From a virus, in the IMG/VR virus record IMGVR_UViG_3300040770_000333, positions 1 through 32,750 of that record: DNA of 32,750 nt. The stretch is one strand, 5' to 3'. A program made the position numbers and the translations under genes. Shown in pieces: positions 22,972 through 32,137 of this stretch. Position 1 is the first letter of the stretch. Each line of letters begins with the position of its first letter. Under the pieces are notes generated by a model, which did not search any database, was not told where the DNA came from, and saw only the letters and a program-made list of their open reading frames with translations.

Positions 22972-25167
22972 ATGGAATTGTACATCGAAAAAGAAACACC
23001 AGGGGTTTATGGACTTATTGATACTTTTATAAATGAAAATGTTTCTTTGAATACTAAAACGTTATACACACAAGATATAACAGCAGTTTTCAAAGGTTTC
23101 ACGAACTCATTTAGCGTACAGGCTTCGCCAAATAATGTAAAACTATTGGGGTATTTTGGATTTACCGATCAATTGCAACCAACCAACATTCAAAAAAGAG
23201 CCAAACTATACCTTGATGGGAATTTATTCAAAGAAGGTATTGTCACATTAGAGAATGTAAGCTGGATAAATACCACGCCTTCGCTATTTCAATTATCTTT
23301 TTCAGACGGTCAAAAGAATTTAACCGAAATATTAGGGGAAGATACTTTGGCGATGCTAGATGGCGGGGATTTGTCTTGGACAACAAAGAACATTCAAAAC
23401 GGTCTAAAATCTATTCAAAGTACTAGCGATGGTTTGCGCTGGTTTATTCCTTTGGTTTCTGTAAATCGAATTTTTACTATTTATAATTCATTGGTGGCAT
23501 TGCCAACTGATAATATCAACTTTTCAAATTCAAAACCAATTACTAGCGAAAATGTGTTATTGCCATCGGAGATAAGACCCGCTATGTTTATGAGCGAGAT
23601 TTTAGAATCTATAAATAAAAAGTACGACATTAAAATTGATCCTAAGCCATACATCGGAAGCAATACACAACTGACTGATTTATGTACGATGTGCGTTTCT
23701 GCAAATGTGGCCATTAATGAAGTAAAAGCAAAAGTTACTAATTCTACTTTTGACTTTGACAAGTTCAGAGAGGAAAGATTCGATATTATACCAAAGCCAG
23801 CAATTAACGCTTTTGAACTGAATTATTTAGGTTATGGTCCTGGTGCAGAGCATCAAGCTACTTTTGACATGATAATTCAATTAGCTAAAAAATCAGCATC
23901 GGTATCGTACCAACCATTAACGCAAAGACCAATCATTAATACAGAAGAAGCAATTTCATCTTACATAAACAATATTGAAGTTTGGGAAGTTTTTGAAACT
24001 GGAGAAAAGAAAAAAAAATTAAATTATACAATTACATCTGGTTCAGAAATAAAAAGTTCTAATTTAAGAATTAGAATAGGACTAGACGTGTTTACTCCGG
24101 AAGGTGGAAACGCTCCGAGTACCTTAGTCAAGCCATTAATATCTGTATATGTATCAGCAGACAATTTATCAGAATGGAAATTCACAAACTATTCCTTCAA
24201 TTGGAGTAGTGAGAATTGGATTAAAGGCGTAATAAATAATGTACAGCCGACAAATACGCCAACTACGGTAAATTTATTCAAGTCACTTCCAGAAATGAAA
24301 GTGATTGATTTTGTAAAGTCAATTTACACCATGTTTGCGTACAAAAAATTCAAAGATGAGGTACTAAATGATTTCTACTATCAGCAAAAAACAGTCATTG
24401 ATACCCAACACAAAGGGATTAGAGTTGAAAATGACTTGACACCGTATGCTGATTTGTCTAAACTTACTAAAAAAACAAATACCAAATATGATGGGTACGA
24501 CTTGAAGCACGTTACTAGCGAGTATCAATCTAACAAGGCTTTTTTATTAGCTAATGGAATGGAGTATGGACAGCTTAAATTCCCATTAACAGGAAAACCA
24601 AAGACAGAATTCAAGATAGAAACGAATTTCACGGCTCCATGTTTTAATCCTATTGCTTCAGATGCAGATACAGTCGTAAATACGTTTTATCCTTTTGATT
24701 CAGAACCTAAATTGAATGATATTGAAACTAGATTCATTTACGATACGATCACAAAAGAGTTTCCAATATTCTATTATCATGGTGTACAAACAATTTCTAC
24801 GGCTTACGCTTTTGTTGATACCGATTTGAAGCAGTTAAAACCAATAAATCTATACCATAAAATAAGCCATAAGAGCAACAAAATTTTTACAGGCGCATCA
24901 AATTATATTTCCAGTCTTTTTAATATCGTAACAGGGGATTTTATCGACCAAAACACGCTTTACGTTCAAGGCTACAAAGAATATATTGAAGATACATTAT
25001 CCGGTAAGAAATTAATTCACACCATTGATTTGACTTTACCAAACATTCAGATTCAAAAATTTGAAGACAGTCAGGAAATCATAATCAAAGAAACAAAATA
25101 CACCGTACTAGAAAGTACTATTTCATTAACTGACGGAAAAACAAAACTAATCCTCTTAAATAAATAA
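22972..25167 (+). CDS. Large tail/baseplate-type structural protein
   Basis: 731-aa ORF, tightly packed (1-nt gap) in the late operon and upstream of the tape-measure-like gene. No catalytic motif seen. Confidence 0.5.
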   Translation: MELYIEKETPGVYGLIDTFINENVSLNTKTLYTQDITAVFKGFTNSFSVQASPNNVKLLGYFGFTDQLQPTNIQKRAKLYLDGNLFKEGIVTLENVSWINTTPSLFQLSFSDGQKNLTEILGEDTLAMLDGGDLSWTTKNIQNGLKSIQSTSDGLRWFIPLVSVNRIFTIYNSLVALPTDNINFSNSKPITSENVLLPSEIRPAMFMSEILESINKKYDIKIDPKPYIGSNTQLTDLCTMCVSANVAINEVKAKVTNSTFDFDKFREERFDIIPKPAINAFELNYLGYGPGAEHQATFDMIIQLAKKSASVSYQPLTQRPIINTEEAISSYINNIEVWEVFETGEKKKKLNYTITSGSEIKSSNLRIRIGLDVFTPEGGNAPSTLVKPLISVYVSADNLSEWKFTNYSFNWSSENWIKGVINNVQPTNTPTTVNLFKSLPEMKVIDFVKSIYTMFAYKKFKDEVLNDFYYQQKTVIDTQHKGIRVENDLTPYADLSKLTKKTNTKYDGYDLKHVTSEYQSNKAFLLANGMEYGQLKFPLTGKPKTEFKIETNFTAPCFNPIASDADTVVNTFYPFDSEPKLNDIETRFIYDTITKEFPIFYYHGVQTISTAYAFVDTDLKQLKPINLYHKISHKSNKIFTGASNYISSLFNIVTGDFIDQNTLYVQGYKEYIEDTLSGKKLIHTIDLTLPNIQIQKFEDSQEIIIKETKYTVLESTISLTDGKTKLILLNK

Positions 25168-25169
25168 CC

Positions 25170-27005
25170 ATGTCTGAAAATTTAGAACCAATCAAACAAG
25201 TAATACAGATTGATGTAAAAGAATCTGGAGCTGACGAAGCACAAAAGAATCTAGGTAAATTAGATAATACTGTTTCAAATGTTACTAAAAAAACAGATTC
25301 TCTATCTAAGACACAAAAAGAAAATACCGATGTCGCTAATAACTCTACAAAAGCAAGCAAGGCACAAAAAGCAGGGTTTGAAGATTTGGGAGGAGGTATT
25401 GGTGGCACAATTTCGCAAGTTAAGGCGTTTAGTAAGCAGTTGTTATTGTTGTTGGCTAATCCTATTATATTGTTTTTGGCTGCAATTGTAGCGACGTTAG
25501 CATTAGTATTCAAAGCGTTCACAAGTACCAACGCTGGAGCTGACAAGTTAGAACAAATTATGTCCGCAGTTGGTGCGGTAGTAGATGTATTAAGGGATAG
25601 ACTTTTGCAATTATTTAATGCTTTGACTTCATTTGATTTCGACGGTATAGTAGCTTCATTTTCTGGGGTTGGCGATGAAATATCAAAAGAAGCTAAACGA
25701 GCCGCAGAATTAACAAAGTCTTTACAAGATGTTGAAGACGCCACAAGAGATTTAGGAGTAAGCAGAGCTAAACTAAATAGAGATTTGGCAGCTTCAAAAG
25801 AAATAATTACAGATGAAACTGCAAGTTATATAGAAAAGAAAAAAGCGATTGAAGAGGTTAAAAAAGCAGAAGAGCAACAAACGTCACAAGAGTTAGCAAA
25901 TGCAAAGAAAAAACTAGCAGCAATAAAAGAACAAAATTCATTATCGGATTCAAGCGATGAAGCATTACAAAAACAAGCAGATGCAGAAAGCGCAGTATTT
26001 GCATTGCAGCAAAAAAGCGCAGAGGACAGAAGAGCAATACGAAAAACAGAATTAAGAGCAGATAATGAAGAAAAAGCAAGGCTAAAAGAAATACAAGACG
26101 AACGCAATAGGATTTCAAAGGAGCGTGTAGAGAGAGCAAGACAGACAGCAAAAGAATTGCTTAAAATAGAACAGGATTACCAAAAGCAATATTTAGCCAC
26201 GCTTGCAGAAGCAGAGAAGAATAGGAATAATTTACAACTAGAAATTGATAATGCTATTTCAGCAGCACAAGACAAAAACAATGAAGCATTAATAACAGCT
26301 CGTGAAGTAGAGATACAAGCAGTAAATGACAAATATTTTAGACTTTTAGAATTAGCCAAACAATTTGGTAAAGACACTAACGAATTAGAAATAGCGCAAC
26401 TAAACGAAAAGAATGAAATAAATTTAAAGTTCGATGCACAAGAAAAAGAAAACAAAGAAAAGTTAGCCGCAGAAAAGAAGCTAATAGACAAAGCAGAAGC
26501 AGATCAAAAAAAAGAAAATCAAGATAGATTGGTAAGTCAGGGCGAGGCTTTATTGGGAAACATACAAAAGTTAGCGGGTAAGAATAAGCAAATACAAAAA
26601 GCGGCAATTATTGCAGAAGGTGGAGTATCTGTAGGTAAATCTATTTCAAATACGGCAGAAGCGGTTACTAAAGATTTGACAAAGGGCGCGCCTTTTTCTG
26701 CTCCTTTGGTTGCTCTTGATTTAGCAGTAGGAGCTACTAGTGTAGCCAGTATTGTAAAAGGAACATCACAAGCATTGAAATCTGTAGGAGGTGGAACAAT
26801 AAGCAACGGTGGCGGGGTATCGAGTGCAGCACCAACCCGTAACATTGCACAAGTAGGTTTCCAAGGCAGTAGCGAAAATCAGATAGGCAATGTCATTGCT
26901 CAAAGGAACAAAGAACAACAGCCAATTCAAGCGTTTGTAGTTTCACAAGCGGTTACAGATCAACAAGAACTTGACCGCAAAAAAATATTAAACAATAGTT
27001 TTTAA
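25170..27005 (+). CDS. Tape-measure-like protein
   Basis: 611 aa. It has a hydrophobic segment (LLLLLANPIILFLAAIVATLALVF), a very long Glu/Lys/Ala/Gln coiled-coil region, and a Gly-rich C-terminal part with a second hydrophobic stretch. Confidence 0.6.
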   Translation: MSENLEPIKQVIQIDVKESGADEAQKNLGKLDNTVSNVTKKTDSLSKTQKENTDVANNSTKASKAQKAGFEDLGGGIGGTISQVKAFSKQLLLLLANPIILFLAAIVATLALVFKAFTSTNAGADKLEQIMSAVGAVVDVLRDRLLQLFNALTSFDFDGIVASFSGVGDEISKEAKRAAELTKSLQDVEDATRDLGVSRAKLNRDLAASKEIITDETASYIEKKKAIEEVKKAEEQQTSQELANAKKKLAAIKEQNSLSDSSDEALQKQADAESAVFALQQKSAEDRRAIRKTELRADNEEKARLKEIQDERNRISKERVERARQTAKELLKIEQDYQKQYLATLAEAEKNRNNLQLEIDNAISAAQDKNNEALITAREVEIQAVNDKYFRLLELAKQFGKDTNELEIAQLNEKNEINLKFDAQEKENKEKLAAEKKLIDKAEADQKKENQDRLVSQGEALLGNIQKLAGKNKQIQKAAIIAEGGVSVGKSISNTAEAVTKDLTKGAPFSAPLVALDLAVGATSVASIVKGTSQALKSVGGGTISNGGGVSSAAPTRNIAQVGFQGSSENQIGNVIAQRNKEQQPIQAFVVSQAVTDQQELDRKKILNNSF

Positions 27006-27040
27006 TATAGAAAAAAAATATTAAATAATAGTTTTTGATA
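26979..27040 (+). repeat. Tandem duplication of the 3' end of the tape-measure gene, including its stop
   Basis: AAAAAAATATTAAACAATAGTTTTTAATA (26979-27007) is followed by AAAAAAAATATTAAATAATAGTTTTTGATA (27011-27040). Copy 2 would encode (Y)RKKILNNSF-stop in frame after the TAA. Confidence 0.6.
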
Positions 27041-27127
27041 GATATTATTTATTATCTTTGATGTAATAACCGTGTGATGATGCACGGTACAAAGTCTGCT
27101 AATGACCACAACCGAACTAAAACACAA

Positions 27128-27167
27128 AAAAAGGAATGCTTACTTCATTGTAGGTGTTCCTTTTTCG
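27128..27167 (+). terminator. Hairpin terminator between the tape-measure and protease/scaffold genes
   Basis: AAAGGAATGCTTAC pairs with GTAGGTGTTCCTTT (including G.U pairs) around the loop TTCATT, followed by a T-run. Confidence 0.5.
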
Positions 27168-27181
27168 CATTTATGCCAGTT

Positions 27182-28180
27182 ATGAAAGTATTGAAATACA
27201 AATATAATCCAGATAAAAAGGGGGTGTTCCGTGTTTCTATTGTTAAAAATCCAGCAGTAGGCGAAGGGGATTTAGTATTGATGTCTGCACAAGAAATCAA
27301 AGGAGTTTTTTACGCTCCAGTAATGATTCCAGACTTAAAAATACAGCGAATTGATGAAGCCACAGGAGAAAAATACATGGTGTATTACGATGCTGAAACG
27401 GTGGAACAATTAGCAAACAATTATTTTAAGCAAAATGGGAATGCCAATACCAATATTGAGCATGAGCAAGAAGGAATCGAAGGTGTTTACCCAGTTGAAA
27501 GCTGGATTGTAAAAGATTCTGAAAACGATAAGAGCAATGCGCTTGGAATGCCAACGCAAAAAGTAGGTACGTGGATCATGGGGTATAAATGTGATTCACA
27601 AGAAGTACTGGAAAAAATAAAAAGTCAATTATTACAAGGTCTTTCGATTGAAGGGCTTTTAGATACAGAAGAAGATACGGATAGTCCGATCGCTAAATTT
27701 AATAAACACTTTATGAAAAAGACACCGTTAGAATTTGCCAAGCACTTAGCAAATGTCATCATGTCAGCTGTTACGGATGAAGAAAAATCCGTAGAAAAAA
27801 CAGCAGAGGAATTAGCAGCCGAAGAAGAAGCCAAAAAAATGGCAGATGAAAAAACTGCTGAACAAATTGCAGCCGAAGAAGAAGCGGCCAAAGCAAAAGT
27901 AGAGCCTTCTGAAATGGAAAAAGAATTGGAAACGGCAAAAGCTACCATTGTAGAATTGCAAAAGAAAGTTGATGATTTAGAAGCCGAAAAAGCAAAGAAC
28001 GAAAACGAAGCGACTTTAATGTCTGCGCAGTTGGAAGAAGTAAACAAGGCTTTTACTAGCTATAAAGCAGTAAAAATGTCCTCTCAAAAATTAGGTGACA
28101 CGCCAAAAGAAGCAATAGTATTAACGCCAGCACAAGAAAAGCAGGCAAAATTCTTAGAAAATGTCAAATCGAAACTCTAA
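27182..28180 (+). CDS. Putative prohead protease (XkdF-like) fused to a coiled-coil scaffolding domain
   Basis: MKVLKYKYNPDKKGVFRVSIVKNPAVGEG resembles the N-terminus of XkdF-type phage proteases. The C-terminal third is an E/A/K-rich coiled coil. It lies just upstream of the capsid gene. The ORF-track GTG start at 27074 crosses a terminator hairpin, so it was rejected. Confidence 0.5.
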   Translation: MKVLKYKYNPDKKGVFRVSIVKNPAVGEGDLVLMSAQEIKGVFYAPVMIPDLKIQRIDEATGEKYMVYYDAETVEQLANNYFKQNGNANTNIEHEQEGIEGVYPVESWIVKDSENDKSNALGMPTQKVGTWIMGYKCDSQEVLEKIKSQLLQGLSIEGLLDTEEDTDSPIAKFNKHFMKKTPLEFAKHLANVIMSAVTDEEKSVEKTAEELAAEEEAKKMADEKTAEQIAAEEEAAKAKVEPSEMEKELETAKATIVELQKKVDDLEAEKAKNENEATLMSAQLEEVNKAFTSYKAVKMSSQKLGDTPKEAIVLTPAQEKQAKFLENVKSKL

Positions 28181-28523
28181 AAAAAGTACAGCTCCAGTTG
28201 CCAAAGCACAAGAAACTGTACAAGCAGAAGAAACGATAGTTGAAAATCTGACTGTCAATAATGCTGAAACTGTACAAGCAGAAGAAACGATAGTTGAAAA
28301 TCTGACTGTCAATAATGCTGAAACTGTACAAGCAGAAGAAACACACGAATTGCAAGCAGATGACTACATCTGTCCACTAACCGTAAACTACGCAGAATTA
28401 GAAGCGATTTTATCTGCTTTGGGTGAAAATGTGACTGACTATGTAGGCGACAGACTTCCAGCAGATGAAGTCAAAAGAATTGAAACTGATTTCGAAATTT
28501 ATTTACTAACTAAACACAAATAA
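28161..28523 (+). CDS. Acidic repeat-containing head-module protein
   Basis: 120 aa containing ETVQAEETIVENLTVNNA repeated 2.4 times. It lies between the scaffold and the capsid gene. Confidence 0.55.
   Translation: MSNRNSKKSTAPVAKAQETVQAEETIVENLTVNNAETVQAEETIVENLTVNNAETVQAEETHELQADDYICPLTVNYAELEAILSALGENVTDYVGDRLPADEVKRIETDFEIYLLTKHK
28212..28342 (+). repeat. Perfect 54-bp tandem repeat, 2.4 copies, in-frame
   Basis: GAAACTGTACAAGCAGAAGAAACGATAGTTGAAAATCTGACTGTCAATAATGCT occurs at 28212-28265 and 28266-28319, with a 23-nt partial third copy at 28320-28342. No mismatches. Confidence 0.9.
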
Positions 28524-28527
28524 CACG

Positions 28528-29562
28528 ATGGCAGATTATTCATCAGTAAAAATTAGAGGCGAGCAAATTTTGCCGTTTCAAACTCTTTTGTTAACAAAAG
28601 ATAGTTCCGTAGCGGATGGCTATGTAGGTTTTGAACCGGGAGCGAAAGAAGGTTCTGTTTGGACAGAATCAAACGAAACTGTAACCGAAATTGACTATAC
28701 TGGAGCACCAGTAACAGAATCGGACTTAGATGCAATGGAGATTTTTGACAACAAAATCTACTACGCAATCACAGAGTATAGAAAAGTAGTGAAACAAAAC
28801 AACCTTACCAATACCATATTTTCAGAAGATATGGGAGCAGGAGCAGAAAAAAGAGTTTCACAAACTTTCTTGAATTATGCATCTGAATCATTTTCGGGAG
28901 CAATTGCTAATCAGCAAATGATTAACAGATGGCAAGGAATCACTACTGCAACTAAAGCCGCTATTGCTGCATTAACTCCGGGCGCAGGTCAAGGATCAAT
29001 TTCAGCAGCAACACAAGCTAAAATTGCAGCATTGCCAATTGCAAAAAGAGACGGATTTTTCGCAACCATGGTTTACAACACATTCAGGACTGATGCGGTT
29101 GCTGGACTTGGTGAGTATATCAAAGTGGATGGAACAACAATTGACGCAACGAATATTGCTGATCAATATAATTCTTTGTACAACAAGATACCAGCAGACG
29201 TATTGAATGATACTGACAAACCAGTAGTTATTGAAGCACCATTGGCACACCGTCAATTGATGCGTACTGCGAACAATTCAGTTGGGGCGGCATCAAATCA
29301 AAACTTCTTGTTTGAAAATGATGCAGTTGATTCTAGATGTTCATACAACGGCGTTATGGTTTCATTTGTAAACTTACCAGCAAACGTAATGATTGCACAT
29401 CCTTCAAAAGCATTATTCATTAATGCAGATGCTAAAAATGAAAAATCAAACTTCATGGAAATTGGAAAGATGGCTAACGGTTCTGACTGGGTTTATTTCA
29501 AAAACGTATGGGCTTACAATCATGCGGTAATGAACCAAAACAGAAACGTGTTGTACTCTTAA
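28528..29562 (+). CDS. Putative major capsid protein
   Basis: 344 aa. It follows the protease/scaffold genes and is followed by a GC-rich hairpin. Size and position are typical. No motif-level proof. Confidence 0.5.
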   Translation: MADYSSVKIRGEQILPFQTLLLTKDSSVADGYVGFEPGAKEGSVWTESNETVTEIDYTGAPVTESDLDAMEIFDNKIYYAITEYRKVVKQNNLTNTIFSEDMGAGAEKRVSQTFLNYASESFSGAIANQQMINRWQGITTATKAAIAALTPGAGQGSISAATQAKIAALPIAKRDGFFATMVYNTFRTDAVAGLGEYIKVDGTTIDATNIADQYNSLYNKIPADVLNDTDKPVVIEAPLAHRQLMRTANNSVGAASNQNFLFENDAVDSRCSYNGVMVSFVNLPANVMIAHPSKALFINADAKNEKSNFMEIGKMANGSDWVYFKNVWAYNHAVMNQNRNVLYS

Positions 29563-29567
29563 TTATA

Positions 29568-29590
29568 ACGGGGGAGAAATCCCCCTTTAA
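29568..29590 (+). terminator. GC-rich hairpin after the capsid gene
   Basis: GGGGG (29570-29574) pairs with CCCCC (29581-29585) around the loop AGAAAT, followed by TTT (a short T tract). Confidence 0.45.
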
Positions 29591-29604
29591 TACCTAAAAA
29601 ATAT

Positions 29605-30174
29605 ATGTGTACAATAACATTAACAAAATCACGCAATCTTAATTGTGTGAACAAATTAGTAGGAGTTCGAAGTATTTCGATTATTACCTACGAACCGTTA
29701 AATCGAGTAGCGACAACTGCAGGGGGAGTGGTAACGCTTCCTGATTATATGCTGACTGAAACATTGCCAGCAGGTGCTAAAATTGCACGTTTTGACGTGA
29801 AAAATACCACTACCAACTATAACGATACGCTAACTCAAAACATGGACACACGTTCAGGAGGTCGTAAAGGGGAATTGTCATTGGTTTTGGTTTCTGCAAC
29901 TGGATTAGATAACGTTACCCTAGCTGAAGTTGTGGATCAAATCACAAAAACCGAATTTGTCGGATTTTTAGAAATGAAAAACGGTGACACTTTCGCGATC
30001 GGTTCGGGTTATGGTTGCATGATTCCAACGGTTGTGGATTCCACAGGCGCACAAGCAGGAGACTTAAATGGTGTTACTATTACAATCGCTACAGATGAAG
30101 CGGAAAGTTTTAGAAAATACTGGTTAACTGAACCAGCAGTAGCTCAATTGCTTGCTTCTACAATGGCATATTAA
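29605..30174 (+). CDS. Hypothetical abundant structural protein (flanked by terminator-like hairpins)
   Basis: 189-aa ORF bracketed by the hairpins at 29568-29590 and 30179-30206. Confidence 0.5.
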   Translation: MCTITLTKSRNLNCVNKLVGVRSISIITYEPLNRVATTAGGVVTLPDYMLTETLPAGAKIARFDVKNTTTNYNDTLTQNMDTRSGGRKGELSLVLVSATGLDNVTLAEVVDQITKTEFVGFLEMKNGDTFAIGSGYGCMIPTVVDSTGAQAGDLNGVTITIATDEAESFRKYWLTEPAVAQLLASTMAY

Positions 30175-30178
30175 TAAT

Positions 30179-30206
30179 AAGGGCGGTTAATCCCGTCCTT
30201 TTTTTA
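30179..30206 (+). terminator. Rho-independent terminator
   Basis: AAGGGCGG (30179-30186) pairs with CCGTCCTT (30193-30200), including one G.U pair, around the loop TTAATC, followed by a T7 tract. Confidence 0.6.
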
Positions 30207-30216
30207 CATTTTCCCG

Positions 30217-30522
30217 ATGAAAGTAGTTACTCAACAAAATCCAATATTACAATTAGTTCCTAGATATTATCCATCGGTAAATGATGAGCTTATTTTAGAT
30301 TTTGAAAACGGAATTATTGTGCCATTTACGTGGATTTTAAACAAGAATCTAATAGTAATTACAATAACTGACACTTCATTTTTAAAACAGCGAGAAAACT
30401 ACTCTTTCACTTTGTATAATAGCAATGAGATCATTTATAAAGGCAAAATTATTTTCTTAAAAAACGGTACAGACATTCAAAATTACACTAACAATTCACA
30501 AGACAATAAAAGATGGCAGTAA
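30217..30522 (+). CDS. Hypothetical protein
   Basis: 101-aa ORF overlapping the next gene by 10 nt. Confidence 0.45.
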   Translation: MKVVTQQNPILQLVPRYYPSVNDELILDFENGIIVPFTWILNKNLIVITITDTSFLKQRENYSFTLYNSNEIIYKGKIIFLKNGTDIQNYTNNSQDNKRWQ

Positions 30523-31676
30523 CAGAATCAGAAAACGTTTATTCTTTTAGTGAAGAAGTAGTCAAGATGTCTGCATGGCAACCTATCGACATAAAAGCGA
30601 ACCTTACTCAAAACGGGGTCAATGCAGTGTGCAATGGGTTTAATAATTCCAATTACAAGACATTACGGGATGCGTATGATGACAGCCCAACAAACCAAAG
30701 TATTATCAATTCCTTTGTTAATTTCATGTATGCTGACGGATTAAAAAACGTCGGTTCAGATTTAGATATTTCAAAATACTTAGACGAGGATACTGTAGAA
30801 TTAGTTTGTTTGGATGCAAAAATGTTAGGTGGTTTTGCACTTCAAGTAATTTGGAACGACAATGATAAAGATCGTGAAATTTTAAGATTTGAGTATGTGC
30901 CTATTGAAAATTTTGCAGTTGAATTAGAAGACAAAACGGTACATCCTAAAGTAGTTGGTTATTGGTATTCTTGGGACTGGTCACAAAGCGGAATGTACAA
31001 TCCAGTGCCATGTAAAAAATTCAATGGTACTTTTCAAGGTGGGGTTGAAATTGTAATTATTCAAAGAGTAACTAAAAATAAATTTTTCCCTTTGCCGGAT
31101 TATTTTTCTGGAATTAATTACTGCATTGCAGAAGGGTTCTTAGGCCAAAACACCAAAACACATTTTCAGTTCGAAAATAAAATTACTACGGTTATCAATT
31201 TCAATGGAGGTAAACAAGCTGCTGCAAGCGAAGAAGTAAAAAAGAAAAAAGCAGAAGCAATCAAAAAAGATTACACGGGCGGTTCTCCAAAACATCATGT
31301 AGTAGTATCGTATAACTCCGATGGGTTGGATGCTACGACTATAGATCAAGTGGAAACACCAAACCTAAACCAACAAAATGTATTTTTTGCTGAAGAATGC
31401 GAACGTAAAATTATAGTGGCTCATTCAGCTCCAAAGATTTTATTTTCTGGATCAAATAATTCAAGCGGTTTTTCATCCAACGCCGATGAAATTTTAGTAG
31501 CGACAAAGGAAATGTATCGAAGAAACATAAACCCGCTTAGAAAAGTAGTACTTGATGGATTGACAAAGTTATTCAAATTGATAGATGTTGATGTAGTGTT
31601 GGAGTTTCAAGATTTTGAGGAGTTTAGAAAAGTAGAAGAAGTTGCACCAAGTAAAGAAGAAGAAGAAACCGTATGA
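30513..31676 (+). CDS. Putative portal protein
   Basis: 387 aa. The N-terminal third (NQSIINSFVNFMYADG ... LDAKMLGGFALQVIWND ... ILRFEYVPIENF) follows the general pattern of portal families, and the C-terminal tail is acidic (KEEEETV). Weak, pattern-level evidence only. Confidence 0.4.
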   Translation: MAVTESENVYSFSEEVVKMSAWQPIDIKANLTQNGVNAVCNGFNNSNYKTLRDAYDDSPTNQSIINSFVNFMYADGLKNVGSDLDISKYLDEDTVELVCLDAKMLGGFALQVIWNDNDKDREILRFEYVPIENFAVELEDKTVHPKVVGYWYSWDWSQSGMYNPVPCKKFNGTFQGGVEIVIIQRVTKNKFFPLPDYFSGINYCIAEGFLGQNTKTHFQFENKITTVINFNGGKQAAASEEVKKKKAEAIKKDYTGGSPKHHVVVSYNSDGLDATTIDQVETPNLNQQNVFFAEECERKIIVAHSAPKILFSGSNNSSGFSSNADEILVATKEMYRRNINPLRKVVLDGLTKLFKLIDVDVVLEFQDFEEFRKVEEVAPSKEEEETV

Positions 31677-32137
31677 CAAAATTATTCATTACAGCCGAAA
31701 ACGTAAAAGAAACCACATCGATAAGCGGTGCTACTGATAACGATTCTATTACTCAAAAAATATATTACGCTCAAATTACGGATATGGTTCGGGTTTTAGG
31801 ACAAGAACTATACGACAAAATCTATGCAGACATTGATAATTTGACAGGCGAGTACTTGAATATTTTCACAAAGTATCTAATTGATATGCACGTGTTTTAT
31901 ACAGCACATTATTTCACGCTTTTTAACGAAGTGAAGCAGTCTAATGTGGGTAATACTATAATGTCAGTCACTAATGGACAACCAACACAAAAGACAGTAC
32001 AACTAGCAGAGCAGTATAAAGCATTAGCAATTTCAGTTGAAAATAACTTTCGTGCTTACATGGAAAATTCGACTATTACAGAATGGAATTACACCAAAAA
32101 AGGAGAAGAAACCACCAATTTTAATGAATTCTACTAA
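31673..32137 (+). CDS. Hypothetical head/tail connector-module protein
   Basis: 154-aa ORF with an ATGA overlap with the putative portal. Confidence 0.45.
   Translation: MTKLFITAENVKETTSISGATDNDSITQKIYYAQITDMVRVLGQELYDKIYADIDNLTGEYLNIFTKYLIDMHVFYTAHYFTLFNEVKQSNVGNTIMSVTNGQPTQKTVQLAEQYKALAISVENNFRAYMENSTITEWNYTKKGEETTNFNEFY

Noticed and set aside
25100-25175. A canonical tail-assembly-chaperone -1 frameshift (slippery heptamer) upstream of the tape-measure-like gene.
   Set aside because: The gene upstream is a 731-aa protein that ends 2 nt before the TMP-like start. There is no pair of small overlapping ORFs and no slippery site in the expected place.
25118-26845. A series of minus-strand ORFs (25118-25744, 25826-26107, 25858-26151, 26177-26491, 26377-26607, 26537-26845) antisense to the tape-measure-like gene.
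   Set aside because: They lie entirely inside a long, well-supported plus-strand CDS. Their low-complexity Ser/Ala/Phe/Leu-rich translations are the typical mirror image of a Glu/Lys/Ala-rich coiled-coil gene. They are shadow ORFs.
27625-28047. Minus-strand 140-aa ORF antisense to the scaffold-like coiled-coil region.
   Set aside because: It is a Ser/Ala/Phe-rich shadow of an E/A/K-rich coding region, and it sits inside a tightly packed plus-strand operon.
28164-28355. Minus-strand ORF 28164-28355, whose translation is also internally repeated.
   Set aside because: It is the antisense image of the 54-bp tandem repeat in the plus-strand gene 28161-28523. Its repetition is a by-product of that repeat.
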